DNA of 63,267 bases, filler included, from Dimargaris cristalligena (lineage: Eukaryota): the NCBI GenBank assembly GCA_003614675.1. It is 8 parts of 8 records of this genome, joined end to end, with 100 filler letters (N's around TTAATTAATTAA, not from the genome) between each part and the next. Parts side by side here need not be neighbours in the genome. Positions count along the whole stretch, not along the records: positions 7,976 to 15,818 come from ML003382.1; positions 15,919 to 23,740 come from ML003383.1; 6 more parts are not named here. The stretch is one strand, 5' to 3'. The translations under genes were made by a program, and so were the position numbers. The notes beneath the pieces were generated by a model, which did no database searches, was not told the origin of the DNA, and saw only the letters and a program-made list of their open reading frames with translations. Below, one piece after another: positions 9,270-22,555 of this stretch; position 1 is the first letter of the stretch; every line of letters starts with the position of its first letter.

Positions 9270-12262
9270 GCATCAACTGCTTGTATGTTAATTCCTGTTA
9301 CTCATCCCAAGTATAGGCACTTTGGTCATTATTTGGGTTATTGCCTACGACACCTAAGAAGAAGCCTTAATTCTATGAAATTGGCCAATAGTTAGCTGTG
9401 TACTGCTCCTGTTTCAAGAAGTATCTTGTATTTAACCCCATTAAGTAAAGCCACTAGAGTAGCTATTTTAGAGGATGTACATCTAGTGCTTGTTTTAACA
9501 TATACTTTGACACCCATGCCTTCTAACAATACTATTCCGAATATATATTTGATGTTTATTACCTAGCCAAACATCCCCCCAAAACATATAATTTAAATAT
9601 GCAGTCATTTAGGACATGGTTATTACATATGAACACCGCCTCCTACACGAGGGGCATTTTTAATTATCGATGTTTGCTGGATCAGGCTTATTTATTTACT
9701 TTTACCAACAAATTTTTTCAATGTTCCCTTTAGTTTTTAGTATGAAATTGTTTAGGTATAGTGCGTGGTCAATGTGGTTTAGTTTATTAAAAGCAGGATG
9801 GAGTAAACTGACTCGTTAGTCAATACTAGACTTATACAACTTCAGAGCAGGTTCTAGAGGTTTCAAATACCGCCAAAAACATACATTTTTATCTCTAAAC
9901 TGTAATGCGTCTGTCTTAACTACTGTCATGTAAATGTCTATTAAGCCAAAAGGGAGTAGAGTGGTGAACTAATAGCTTGTCTACGACAATATTTAGGGGG
10001 GTCTAAACTGAATATTACCTATAATAAAAAATTGAGAAAGGGGTGCACTGCATGGCGGAGTAAATAGAGAACTACTGCTTACATTGAGTTTGAATAAGGG
10101 GGAAAACAGGAGATGAGGAGAGGCCAAATCAACTCGTTAATACTTACATGATAGGGTAATGATGGAGGTCGGGTATCGGCTAGTAGAGAGCACAATACAT
10201 GGTGTGGCCTAAACCCGGCCTGCTGGATTGGCATTCACACAAACCACTGCTAACCAACCACCTCTGTCTTTGTATCCCAACTTCCACTATTTTATTAAAA
10301 TATAGTTTACAAACGAATGATATTTACAAACAATTGTTCATTTGTCTACAAACTATTGAAATAGCATGGTGTTGTAAAAGGTTTTATGGCTCAAAGTCAC
10401 GAGTGCAACCAGGCCCATTTTTTCTCAAGTATTGCTCCCTTAGGAATGGCTATACCATAGCATATCTCCCATAGTATCTGCTGATACCTTGGGGACTACT
10501 TATCAGCCTTGCTAGTTGACAGCTAAGGGCCTGTTTTTCCAACCCTTGTTCATCAAAGAATCAGCAAGTTCCCATTCGAGTCCTCTGGATACCGGCAGCT
10601 ACCCCTAAGCACCACCATTACCATCCTTAGATGGCACTGATGCATATCCTCGTAAGTACACCTTCTGACAATGGGCAGATATTCCCTGGTGCATATTCAT
10701 ATGCGTATCCCGGCTTATACTAATGCTTGGGCACCCTAATATTGATATCCCCTCATGTGTATCACAATGACAGGTCATGATCAAGATGGCCATCACCGTT
10801 ATATTAAGTAAGAAGCCCACTATATGGTCTCTGGTATGAGGCTAGAGGCATTGGCCATGCCAGTATACCGTGTCAACTTCTTATCTTTACATGGCTGTGG
10901 TGACCCACGCCCAGTCCCAGGAGTGATCCTTATTACCGAAGAAAGGCACTTGTCTCTATAGCCCAGGTGAACAAATGGTTATCATATTAGCAAATCTCGA
11001 AAAGAATACTCTTATAGCTCCTTATTAAAACTGCTGTATTGATTATCAGTGTATTGCAGCGGCATAGGATGGGGTAAAATCGTACTAGTAATGATAAATG
11101 ATATGTGACAAAACATGAAATAGATCTAAGGAAGCAGTATAACAACGTATTTCTCTTGGACTATAAAAATGGCATTGATGATGTCAAATAATGGGTGGGT
11201 GGGGCTCTGGTGCCATCAATTCAAAACTGCTGAGCTGCAATGCCATTGACTAAACTGTAGTGGGCTATACTAGTGTTGCGTTCAGTAGTGCTGCAGAATT
11301 CAGCCTATGCATAAAGCCATCGTGGTTGGCCGCCACGAGTTCAAGCTGAATCACACCCGATTTTACAAGCATGTCATTCCTTTAATACCACATCCCTATC
11401 GCCATTACGTGTATCCTATCTCCTACTTGTTCGGAAAACAAGCCATTATTGGGCGATAACATATTCCTGCCAATAGTTCACTACTTTATTTACGTAGTCA
11501 GCCCCAGCGGTATACCCATATTCCGCCATGGGGATGTTTTCCCGCACCCCTTCTTTGCCCCTACGCCTCACTCGCCTTGCACTCTAACTATTCAGGTGTT
11601 TGCTGTCCATTCCCTTTCCGACCCGGTGTCGATTGACTGTTCGTACGACAAAGCCGGTTACTGGCGTGGTTTCATGTTTTCGTGTCTACCAAGGGTTGCT
11701 CCAACCAATGCTTCTAGTCAATTGCCGTTTGGTTTATTCCTGTAGGTAACCTTCTTCATTCCGCCACGTGCTTGGATTCTCTGGGCCCATTTCAAAACCT
11801 AACCGAGACAGTACAGCAGAGCAAATTACATTTGGCCGAGGGGCCCGATTTGGAACCCATTTTTAGACTAGCCTATCAGAAGAAACGCTCACCCATATCT
11901 TTACTTTCGACACTTACCCTTATGGACCATTTATCCCTGACTTAGGATTACAGTGGCTGTGAGTAGGTTGTAAATCCATAAAAGGCAAGTCCGACCTTTC
12001 CGTTGAACCGTATAATAAACAGGTAGTGGTAATATTGTTAATATACTGTCGTATATTCCCCTTATTTTTTCCCTCTTCACCCTAAAGTAGGTGAAGGGAC
12101 CACTCCGCTAAAAAGACCGATCCTGCAGTTGGTAAGTGGAGAGAGTATTTCTATATTCCTTTATATTCTTACTCTAAGGACGGTCTTGACCATCGAATTT
12201 GCTCCGGGCAACTACGGCGGGGCTCTATGACGTAGTTCACTTGATTTTTCCTTTCAGAAATT

Positions 12263-15200
12263 ATGAAGCCGGTAAGATTTGTGACTTTTCATCGCCCCAA
12301 GTATGAGCCGCCCAAAGCCCGCACGGCCGCCTGCGAGAATTGCCGCCAGAAGAAGGTCAAGTGCGACTGTGCTAAACCTCGGTGTGGCGGCTGTATAAGG
12401 CGGGCCGTGATATGTGTCTATAGGGAAATTCCCGGAGCGGGCATCCGGCCAATACATTCTCCGACAGCAAAAGCATCGGCAGGGAAGTCAAAGGACAAGG
12501 CTATTGCCATGCAGGCAACTGAACCGGTCCCGGTGTCGGGCAGATTCTTAGAGCCATGGTCTATATCGGCATCTCCCCAATCAGCGACGAATCCGCCAGC
12601 TGGGAAACCGCGCCTACCTGTACAACAGCACTCCCTGCTGAGTGGAATGCCTATACAACAGGAATTGCACGATTTACCAGCTTACTCGCTTGGCTCCTAC
12701 CTGGCGGACGACTCCCCAACGTCGTTGCACATGTCAGGTCGACACGGCACCGTCTTGAAGAGGTCTTTGAACCCTTTACGCCCACATGACCACGACTTCG
12801 ATCCCCTGCCTCCCCCCAGTGATGTGCATCATCCCGGTAGCGACTTCCCACAAATTTACGTTTCCCAGGAGTTACCTCAGCTCACCTACCAATTTAGTCC
12901 AGCACCCGGGCCGGTTGTTTTTCACTCGATGGCGAATTCGCCTCGGGTAGTAGGTTATGGCCATCCTGGCACTCATGAGTCATTGTACCTATCACCCAAC
13001 GCCCTCAATCAAATTGGACCTGGCTCTGCGTTTAGGACTCCAGCTATAGACCACATGTACCAGCACACTCCCTTAATAGGCCCAGAAGGACCTTCCCCGG
13101 GATATCGGCCCATCGCCATGCCGCGAAGCGCCCAGAGGTCCAATCCGGAGGCAATGCACCCCCAGCCCTCGTTCACCGTACCGGCCCAAAGTTTGTCTAC
13201 GCCGTCAGTCCCGCCAATGGCAACATCCACGATGGCGGTACCCATCGACGAGTTGGCCATGCCACCCCACTTACCCCCACCTCCGCCCAAACCGGTGGAA
13301 ATCGACCACCAACTGATTACCGATTTCTTCGAATTCGTGTACCCGCAGGCCCCCATGTTCCATCAACCCACCTTCTTCCTCGAGATTGCCCGAGGGCTTA
13401 TCCCCCAGTATTTATTGAATGCCATGTACGCCATCGCTTCGCGCTTTTCCCGCCGGCCGTCCACTATTTTACTGATGAAATTCGCCACATCGGAGAAATA
13501 TGCGAACCAAGTGCGCGAATACCTCAAGGACTACAAAGGGCCTCCGGTGATTAAGATTCTACAGACCACCATGATCATGTCGGTCTTTGAATTTGGAGTT
13601 GGTAATGTTCCGGAGGGTGCACGACTGGGAGGTAAGTTAGGGGGTAGCTATCTATGGAATGCAACTGCAATAGTAAAAAACTAAATTCCAGGGTGACGAC
13701 ATAGTGTTCTCTGAGGGGAGGACAAGGTGCCCTACTAGTCGTCAATCGAGACGCTTCATAACTAACTATAGCCTATTTTAGCCCCAAACCGCCTATCAAT
13801 TGGTTTTGTAATCGAACAGAGGTCGCCATGAAGTAAGTTACTGTTTGCCCTGTATTTTCTCGGTTTATAGTACCGTATTTTTCTCCATGATTTTGACAGC
13901 TCGTGGATCTACACTCCGGTTACCATTGTGACAGATATTTTTCCACGCCAATGACTCTATTTACAACCAGTTAAATCCACCCACTAAATAATATTTGACA
14001 CTGTGTTGTTGATCTCAACCGGGTACCCAGTATGTACAAAACATTGAACAAACACGACAGTGCTCCTATTACGGCCGGTGACCTAGCCGGGGCCGACTTT
14101 TCAGGCCAGTGGGCACGCTGGACAGAAGCCGAGATCTTGAAGCGGGCCATTGTATCCATATTAGTTATCCAAATCAGCGTCTGCCGGTATATTCGAACCC
14201 CGTTAATTGCCGATCTAGCCGATATTCCCACCGTATTCGCCTGTGAGGACTGGATCTGGTACCAGGACGCCGCTTCGTTACGCCAGTTATTCACCATGGC
14301 CAACCCTAACCAGAGACTGTGTAAGACTATGCCGCCCGAATGCCGACGTAACATCTCGTGGCTTTCTTCGCTATCGGCTTTACCAGACCGTAAGGAATAC
14401 TTCAATAACCCCGGTAGAAATGGAGCGGGGGATGGTGGCAGCTACATGTCTTGGCGGGATGAGCCAACTTTAAACGCCGCCTGCGTAGCAGCCGCTCAAC
14501 AAACCTGGTTACGGTCTCCTGCGACGGGGGCCATGACACCTTGTGTGGGATCAAGCACGGGCGGCCACCCGCGGCTAACCTGGGAAGACCCGTGGTCGCC
14601 TAGCACCATGTTTGGGCAAATGACCATGTGTTCCCCGCTGGGCACTGGCCTAATCATCGGGGCCTCCCCGTCTCCTATTCCGTTTTTACCACCACTCCCC
14701 ACCGGAATGCCTGTGGTAACGGAAGCTATGACCATGACGCAGTCCCCCTCGGGCTGGTCCGCCCCGCCCATGCTACCCCCTTCTTCCACCGTTGGCCATT
14801 TTGGCTTCCCCCTCCAAGCCATCCAACTGGAATTGTTCTCCTATTTACTGGAAATGATGGTCCTATTCAACAACATCACCGCCTTCCGCTACGAACTGCG
14901 CCAGGCGTTTTTTACCGAGGCCGGTGCTATTCTGCAACTCTACTACCATCTGATGGACCTGCTTGACGAATGGAAGACGCGTATCCAGCAGGATATTATA
15001 GAGCAACTGATCATTAAAGTGCCGCCTGTGTGGGCACCGGATATGGTTTTACTGGATCCCGATGGTAAAATGCGCTGGTACTTACCCCATTTGAATAAGA
15101 GGGATGAAGCGTCTTTGTTTTCGTTTGGTATTCTGTATATGATTAATGTACTAGAACTAGCCTTCGATGTGGCTCTGGCGCTGGGTCAAATTGCCCAGCC

Positions 15201-15702
15201 CGAAAACGGGGGACTTTTACTACCGCTATGTCGATCGGAGCCAGCCCTAGGGTCGTCGACGTCCATTAAGAGCACCTCCCCCTCTTCCACGGTACCCGCG
15301 AAAGCCACTCCCGCCGAACCCTTGTCAATTCCTTCCTCGGAGTCGCCTCTTATCGTCGCCATACGGTCCATCTGGTGGACCAGTGTGGAAGCCCTTAACG
15401 ACATTACCCGCCTTCTACTCGACAATACCGATGTCCAGCTGGAAAGTTCGTGGGGCTATATACCCCACTTTATGCTCTCGCTCGCCCATTTTGCGCGCAT
15501 TCTAGCCGATCGCCGTATCCCCACGACCCTCCTAGTCGATACCCGGGCCACGTCTATCATTGCGGAATACTTGGATCAATTGGATCGGTACTGGATGCTG
15601 CCTGAACGGGACTTGTATACCGATAGTCTTGCCTTACCGGATCCATGGACTCCTAACGACCCACCGTCGACAACGGATCGTTTATCATCATCACCCACAT
15701 AG
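12263..15702 (+). CDS. Zn(II)2Cys6 fungal transcription factor (~1017 aa; exons 12263-13631, 13820-13832, 14031-15702)
   Basis: CENCRQKKVKCDCAKPRCGGCIRRAVIC cluster; FFEFVYPQAPMFHQPTF middle-homology region; the 13-nt micro-exon joins both long ORFs in frame; probable 5'UTR intron 12132-12257. Confidence 0.88.
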
Positions 15703-15818
15703 TCTGATTGCTTCGTCGACTGCTCCTATAAGCGAATTTAGGAAGGAAAAAATGTAATGTGTGGCTATGCAACGCCAATTCTTTGTGAAGCAGGGATTGC
15801 TGGTTTAAAATAAATCTA

Positions 15819-15918
15819 NNNNNNNNNNNNNNNNNNNNNNNNNNNNNNNNNNNNNNNNNNNNTTAATTAATTAANNNNNNNNNNNNNNNNNNNNNNNNNN
15901 NNNNNNNNNNNNNNNNNN
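15819..15918. other. Artificial contig linker
   Basis: N44-TTAATTAATTAA-N44. Confidence 0.99.
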
Positions 15919-15973
15919 AGTATGACACAACCACCATTTAGGCCATCCATCCCCCCCAATGCCCCCGTTGGGG
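15919..15973 (-). repeat. 55-bp contig-terminal repeat (inverted copy)
   Basis: Exact reverse complement of 23686-23740 and 31766-31820. Confidence 0.95.
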
Positions 15974-18055
15974 TCAATGTAAACCACCAGTGCTTTAGTA
16001 TACATGCTCTATCCCGATTGTAAATTAAAAGACTAATAGTAATTCCTGGCTTGGCCATTGTTCTAATCAATCACCAAAGACAGGCAACTTCATCCTTATT
16101 AGAACCCTAACGTTTCACTGTGGCTATGTTATGCCTAGACAGCGATCATTTGATCGGTGGTTAAGCAGGGCCGGTAGGGTTTACCAGAACCATTGCCAGC
16201 CCATTAGAATGACCAAAAAGCGGATTTATCTCCTCGAATATCCCATATGGTGGGCAACAATGAAGGGTTTAGCCATTCTAGTAGGTCTGATCATCCTCGA
16301 AAAATAATAAAACAGACCTGGAAAATCATGAAGCTATTCTGCATTGCTATCACGAAATCTTTATTTTTCAGAAGCCAACAATCCAAAGCCTTGGCCATAA
16401 GACAATGTATATTGTAATACAGATACACTGATTGTATATGTTAATAAAGCCATTTGCAAAAGGCAACAAAGGGAAGAATGGGGTATGATAGCCATTCCTT
16501 GGCCAATTTTTAATATACACCACCGACAAGGGTATGGTTGACCCATTAAGGTATTGGAATTGACACCTGATTGCAGACCATATTGAAAAAGTGGTTAGGT
16601 ACCGATGTAGTATCTGTTTAATAAAATCACCCGAAGGTTATAAATAGGCAGCCAGCGGCTATTTTCAATATCCTACCATAAACAATAAATGGCGAGCACA
16701 CTCCCCAAATCAATTGCTCCATTCCTTCCTTTTTTCCACCATTTCCCTCCACCTTCTCCCTGCCACCCCTCTCTCTCTTTTTTCTCCTCCCCCCCTTTCA
16801 ATGGCCATTCTTTGGTCTATCCCTGCTATAATGCAGGGAACAATTAAGAATACCCACCCACAACATGGTGGTTTTGGGTATCCCTCATTTATTCTGAGGG
16901 ATTACCCCGCCTTTGACCCCCGCTCGGAACTTACCGAGGCTGACCAGGGTCAGGCCAACGTCCCAGCCTCCAGTTGAACAAACACTGGGAGGTGCCTGCA
17001 TAAGTGCGGGTTAAATGAAGCCCGATGCTTGCACTATTATTTCTTCTATATTGGTGTGTATATAAGAAACTGCAAGTATCAGGACATGGATTCCTTTTTA
17101 TATTAAGATGCCTATTTATTGAGTATACCGTATTAATAAACATATTTCTTTTATTCTGATATAATTAAGTCTATGAAAACGACTTGTAATAAGGAAATCA
17201 GACTGGATGATTCAATATGTATAATAATGCCACTGTGGCAATATGGATAATGATAGGGCTTTGGATGGATGGCTTTGTTTGTGTCGATGGAAATTATTTA
17301 ACAAGCTAACTGAAACGGCTACAGTAGCATTTGAAATACTGGGTTAAATTGTATGTTCCAGCCAGGGCGTGGAATCTCCAGGTTTTTCTTAGTCAGTGAT
17401 ACTTTTGATTAGTATTCTTAAAATAAGATGCCCGGAATGGCAAGCTCCCTATATACCAATATCTTCTTTCCAACTTTTTGATGTAGAATACCCTGTTATG
17501 TATATATCTCCGTTTAAGCCCCGGCAAAATACTTTAGCTAAATGTTTTGACCAATTAGTATGCTACATACCACGGCCCCAGGGGTGCACCTTTCTACTAT
17601 CTAGTATAATCGGATGAATTGACTGCCATGGCTACTCTACCGATAACTTCCACCATCAACCAGTGTATACCATTGAATGTACATTATACCGTCGATAGCC
17701 CAGCTCCAACCGGTGGTTATTATTTCCGAGTGTAGCCATCTAATTTTGTCAATGGAAAATTACTTGGTGGCGGCCCCTTGTCTTTCGATTCATACATAGA
17801 ATTGGTGTTCATAGTCCCAAGCCTTGACTTTTTTGCACCCAGTAAACGCTCATAAGAACTTCCCTTTTACCTGACGCGATTTATATGTAATAGGAATGTT
17901 GGCGTCAAACGGAATAAATGGTAGCAGATTGATGATTTTGTGGTCAAGTCCATTGTCCCAGTAGTTAGGGGATAATCTAAAGGATAAAGATTGGAGACCA
18001 TTTCAATGATTTAATAATGATACTAATTGTATAGAAAATAAAATAAGAATGTCAA

Positions 18056-18958
18056 TTACGAAAAGATACGCTTAAGTACCGTGTCCGAGCCCACATCTGG
18101 GGTGGAATTTACAATGGAATTCCGCGTCCGCATCTGGCCCCGCTGGTTGAACAACCGAACGGCGTTCGGCGTGGGTTTAACCAGGCGGGCATCTTTCGCT
18201 GCCTTGGCCCGGGTCAGCTGTTCAGCCTTACGCTTAGCCTTGCGGTTTCCTTCTTCGTCACTCTCGGCGTCGCCGCCATTACCACTCGCGTTGGCCTCGT
18301 CCGCATCGTTGTTACCGTTGTCGTTATCGCTGTCATTAGCATTGCGGCCTGGGCCACCACCACCACCATAGGGGGAATTGTCGAGGGTTTCCAAGGCCCG
18401 ACTATTGTATTCCTCTAGTTCGCGCTTAGCCTGCAATTCTTCGGTTAGAATCCGTTCCTGCATAGATTTACGTTCCAGCTGGACTTGTTCGGTCAAGTGT
18501 TCCCACTTGAACCGGGGCAAATAACGGATATTCCAAATATCGTCGTACCACGGATCGGAGCGCCGGCCGCCGACCTGGGAATTGTTGAGGCGGAGGGCGG
18601 CTTCCTTGGCGTGTTTTTTATCCAAAAATTCGACCCAGCCTTCCATGTACCGCTTGCGGGAGCGACTGCCCTTCTTGCGGGCCACCTTGCGCTTCGCTAC
18701 CCGGATACGGGAGCCAATGTCGTCGCCCTCGGACAAGAGAACGTTGCCGACGGGACCGATTTTGCTGAGCCACTGGCGAATGCGCCGCCGGGTCATGAAA
18801 TGGGGAAGTACGGAAAGGTAAACGACGCCACGCTTCTCCTGCCGGGCCTTGAACTTGGAGATGGCCTTGGCACTTAGCTCGGGCAACCCGGCGCTGAGTT
18901 TGGGCATAGGGGTGGCCTCGTCCTTGGGAATGTCCGAGTCGGAAACCTGGGGGTCCAT
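18056..18958 (-). CDS. ESF2: Pre-rRNA processing protein Esf2/ABT1 (300 aa)
   Basis: GVVYLS..P..M, YMEGWVEF, LNNSQVGG, DDIWNIRYLPRFKWEHLTEQ motifs of the Esf2 RRM. Confidence 0.93.
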   Translation of the reverse strand: MDPQVSDSDIPKDEATPMPKLSAGLPELSAKAISKFKARQEKRGVVYLSVLPHFMTRRRIRQWLSKIGPVGNVLLSEGDDIGSRIRVAKRKVARKKGSRSRKRYMEGWVEFLDKKHAKEAALRLNNSQVGGRRSDPWYDDIWNIRYLPRFKWEHLTEQVQLERKSMQERILTEELQAKRELEEYNSRALETLDNSPYGGGGGPGRNANDSDNDNGNNDADEANASGNGGDAESDEEGNRKAKRKAEQLTRAKAAKDARLVKPTPNAVRLFNQRGQMRTRNSIVNSTPDVGSDTVLKRIFS

Positions 18959-19785
18959 GGTGCCGGTAGTGTAGTTGTGCTGGGGGCTGTGGGGTAGGTA
19001 GCCAACGATGTATTGCTTTTTAAAGGTATATAGATCTATAACAAGCGTGGTTTATGAAGTGCCAATGAGAGGTGAGGGTATGGTTACTGGGAAAATGATT
19101 CGAAGAGAAAAAGGGCTAAAATGAAGCTACCGAAAGGTGGGGCATTGCTGGTGGAAAACGTCCGAAAAAGTAAATGGCGAATGAGCTGTTTATCATACTC
19201 CAGTCAAATTACACCCGAAGCGGAAAAAAAAGTGATTGGAATAAATAGAGAGAAAATCTCCCTATCCTCTATTTTTTTTCCAAAGGCATTGGTCATTTTC
19301 TTTATAAATCCCCCGCTTAAATTTTCGGTTACCTTTCCTAACCAACATCGGCCGCTCGTTGATCCACTACTGCCTTCGATCGAAAATGTACGAACGATCG
19401 AGCGGGTAACGATCAATTCCGCAATACGTTCTCCCCGAAGAAAACTATCTCGTCTATATATAGGCGTTAAACAAATAGAAATGTGATTTTACTAAATAGA
19501 CAACATATCAACTAAAATAATGATTTATATGATGACGGGCCCTCCTTTTCCTTCCCTTTATCCGCGCGGCCATCCCAAGAAGGCGCGACGATGTTACTGT
19601 TGAATAATAATAGTGTCTCTATAGTGGGGAAGCTCAGTCGAATGATTCAACCAACAACGATCAAATAATAATACCACTGGGGAAATAGGGACAGACGAGA
19701 GGATGCAAGCCCACGAAGGAGCGGGTGGTGGATAAAATGGCGGAACTGAAGAAACAAACAAACATACACATATATGGTAGAGACA

Positions 19786-21328
19786 TTAATCTTTGCTCTT
19801 CTTGTCTTTCTTTTCCTTCTTCTCCTTCTTCTTCTTGGCTGGTGTCTCGCCGGATTCAACAGCATCCTCACCGGCGTCGTCGGCCTTGCGCTTCTTATCT
19901 TTCTTGTCCTTCTTTTCCTTCTTCTCGGACTTGGGCTCGCTAGGGGACACCGATTCCTTGGCCGCTGGGGGAGTGATGGCCTCGACGGGAGCGGTAGTGC
20001 TCTTGGTGATGGTGGAATCCAACCGCGTATCATAGGTGGCCTGCGCCTTGGGTTCGTATTTGGAGGGCTTGGCCTGGACCTTGCTACGGCCCTTCCGGGA
20101 GGCAGACACGGCGTGCCGGCTCTCGAGCTGACGGATCCGGCCTTCGATCTTACTCCGGGCGGCGAGACCCATTTCAGCGGTGGTATCTTCGGACAGAGCG
20201 TCGACACGGATCGAAAGGGCGGCCTTGGCACCCAGGCTACGGGCAATCTTACCCTTCATGGTAGCACCCACCTGGCCCATCAGACTGGCGTGGTAGATGA
20301 GACCGAACTTGGGGGTATTGCTCTTGGTCTTGAGGGCCCGGAAGAGGGCCTTTTCGGCACCCATGATCTGGATGGTACTGGCGGGCATCTTGGCCAGGTT
20401 CATGGCGGAACCGGCGTGGGCGATCAGACGGGCACCGACCAGCTCGCCAACCAGGGTGGTCAGGTTAGGGGGCGATGGCCAGCATGCGATGGCGCAGGTA
20501 TTCGTAGAGCTGGGTCCGGTATTCGGTGATGCCGATGACCTGGTCGCACAGGTGGTGGATGTTGGTGATATCTTCGTCACTGATTTCGGTACCCATGGAC
20601 ACCTCAGCGGCGTGCTTGACCTCCTGCTCGAGCTCCTCGGGCAGGACACCGGACAGATCGGTGGTGGCGGCGTTGGTACGGACGCCCATGGTGCGGACGG
20701 TCTTGGCGTACATGAGGTTATCACCGACAATGCGGGTCATTTCGGGGAAGTGCCAGCCGTACCATTCCTTGGCGCGCATGGCATAAATATTGAGTTCCTT
20801 GTCGAGGTCGTCCAAGAGGCCAATGGCCTGGATGATCATGGTATCGACCTTATCGGGCGAGAACTTGAGGCGGTACCGCGACAGGGAGTGGGACAGGCCG
20901 AGGGACATGGCGCCCAAGTCCTGTTGGCTCAGGCCGGTCAGAACGGTATCGAGCTGGGAGCGGATCCCGCGGAACAGTTCCATCACGGACGAATCGGAAA
21001 CGACTTTAAGGTTCAAAGCGGCGTCCAGGGCACTGCCCAACTTGGGGTCGGCCACGGCCAGTTCTTGTTTCTTCCACTCGCTGGGGGTCAGGGCATTGGT
21101 CAGGAAAGTCTGCAGACTGGTGGGCACCTTGGCGTCCAGCACGGCCGTGTAAGCGGACAGGGCGTCGACGGTGCTCTCGAACTTCTGGAAACCGTGCAGC
21201 TGGACGGTGGCGCTGGCCAGCTCGGGAGTGGCGAAGGATTGCCACAGATCCTCGGGGTTGCTCAGCAGGTTCTTACCATCGGCTTTGAAGAGGGCGAAGC
21301 CCGCGGGAGTTTCGTAAAGTACGAGCAT
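19786..21328 (-). CDS. NOP58: Box C/D snoRNP protein Nop58 (~513 aa after removing one extra base at 20468-20472)
   Basis: [40 protein letters not shown]; Nop domain [23 protein letters not shown] tail; two ORFs meet at GCC CCC TAA CCTG. Confidence 0.95.
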
Positions 21329-21562
21329 AGTTATAGTTATAGTTATAGTAGTAGAATATAAATGAGGAAAATACCCTAGACGACCAGCTAAAAAAGAGAC
21401 GGATTGAGAAACTAACAAGTGTGGAATAGTGAACAGTCCGTGTAGACACCAAAGACATACACCAATACTGAGCTCCACGGCGGTAACAGAGGCCCTAGGA
21501 GGAAAAAAAAGAAGAAATTATCAACCGGAGCCTTGCCAGCCAGGCACACTTGGGAAACGGCC

Positions 21563-21741
21563 TGCAAAAAAATTTTCCCTTTCAAAGCGCAAAAAAAGAT
21601 GAGCTTAGATAGTATAGTAGTCAATCTTTACTATTAGCCAAAAGTTCTTTTTTTGGCCGTTTTGCCCTATTACTCTCCTCATACCTGCTTTAGCTTTAGT
21701 AGTTGAAGAGGGCTTTGTCACATAGCCATCCAGTCACGTGA
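21563..21741. promoter_or_regulatory. RRPE-like, PAC-like and E-box motifs upstream of NOP58
   Basis: TGCAAAAAAATTTT 21563-21576; GATGAGC 21598-21604; TCACGTGA 21734-21741. Confidence 0.5.
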
Positions 21742-22555
21742 TAGTCTGATCGAAGAAGCGAGGCCGATTAACAGCCGCCACATGGGGGAATATTATCCTC
21801 CGGCTCCATATTTAATTCCCCATGGATAGTATGCCATACTATATATATCCTAGGTTAAGTAATCGGGAATACTACAAGCCAAAGAACGGATCCAACTACT
21901 GTCAGGCAGTGATGTGGTCTACCGCAATTCACAATCAATGGGCCCTAACACCACCCGCTGCCAACCCGGTTATAGAGACCACAAGGCGCGATTTTGACAC
22001 TTCCCTTCTTTGCAACCAAGAAATAGAAGCCTGAATAGTAGTGGATCCAGACAATATATATATATATATATATCTCCCGGGAGACCGTGCCTTGGATTGG
22101 CATACAAATCAGCATCACATCTGGGCACTCCAATATGCCTGTTTGTACGACACCTTCCTCCCCTTCGCCTTATTAAATCGACAGTCCTAAGGCTCGAAAT
22201 TATTTAAGATCACATCGCCTAATAAACCCTTTAAAACAGCGAAGCCTCGACATCTAAAGACTGTTGTAGAGCTGACTAAGCTGGCTCCAGATATCCATAA
22301 CTATAGCTATAATCATAGCCATTACCATAATCGTAATTCTCTCACTCACTCCTCCACCACACTCACAAGCTGAGACCAAACCGCTTTACTGCATAACCCA
22401 GCACTGCAGTAGCCTTGGTATAAGCCCCGACCTCCTTCCATTCCCTTGACCCTCTTCTGTATTGCATTTCTCTTGCTTCGCCAATTTCCTTAACCTCCCA
22501 CTCCACCATCGTCCCCCTATTTCGCCCAACCCAACCCGCCCCGTCACAGTCCTTA

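Noticed and set aside
19774-21361. Long plus-strand ORFs opposite NOP58 (and similar ones opposite ESF2, ESS1, REX1, RING)
   Set aside because: Antisense shadows of GC3-rich coding sequence with no recognisable motifs.
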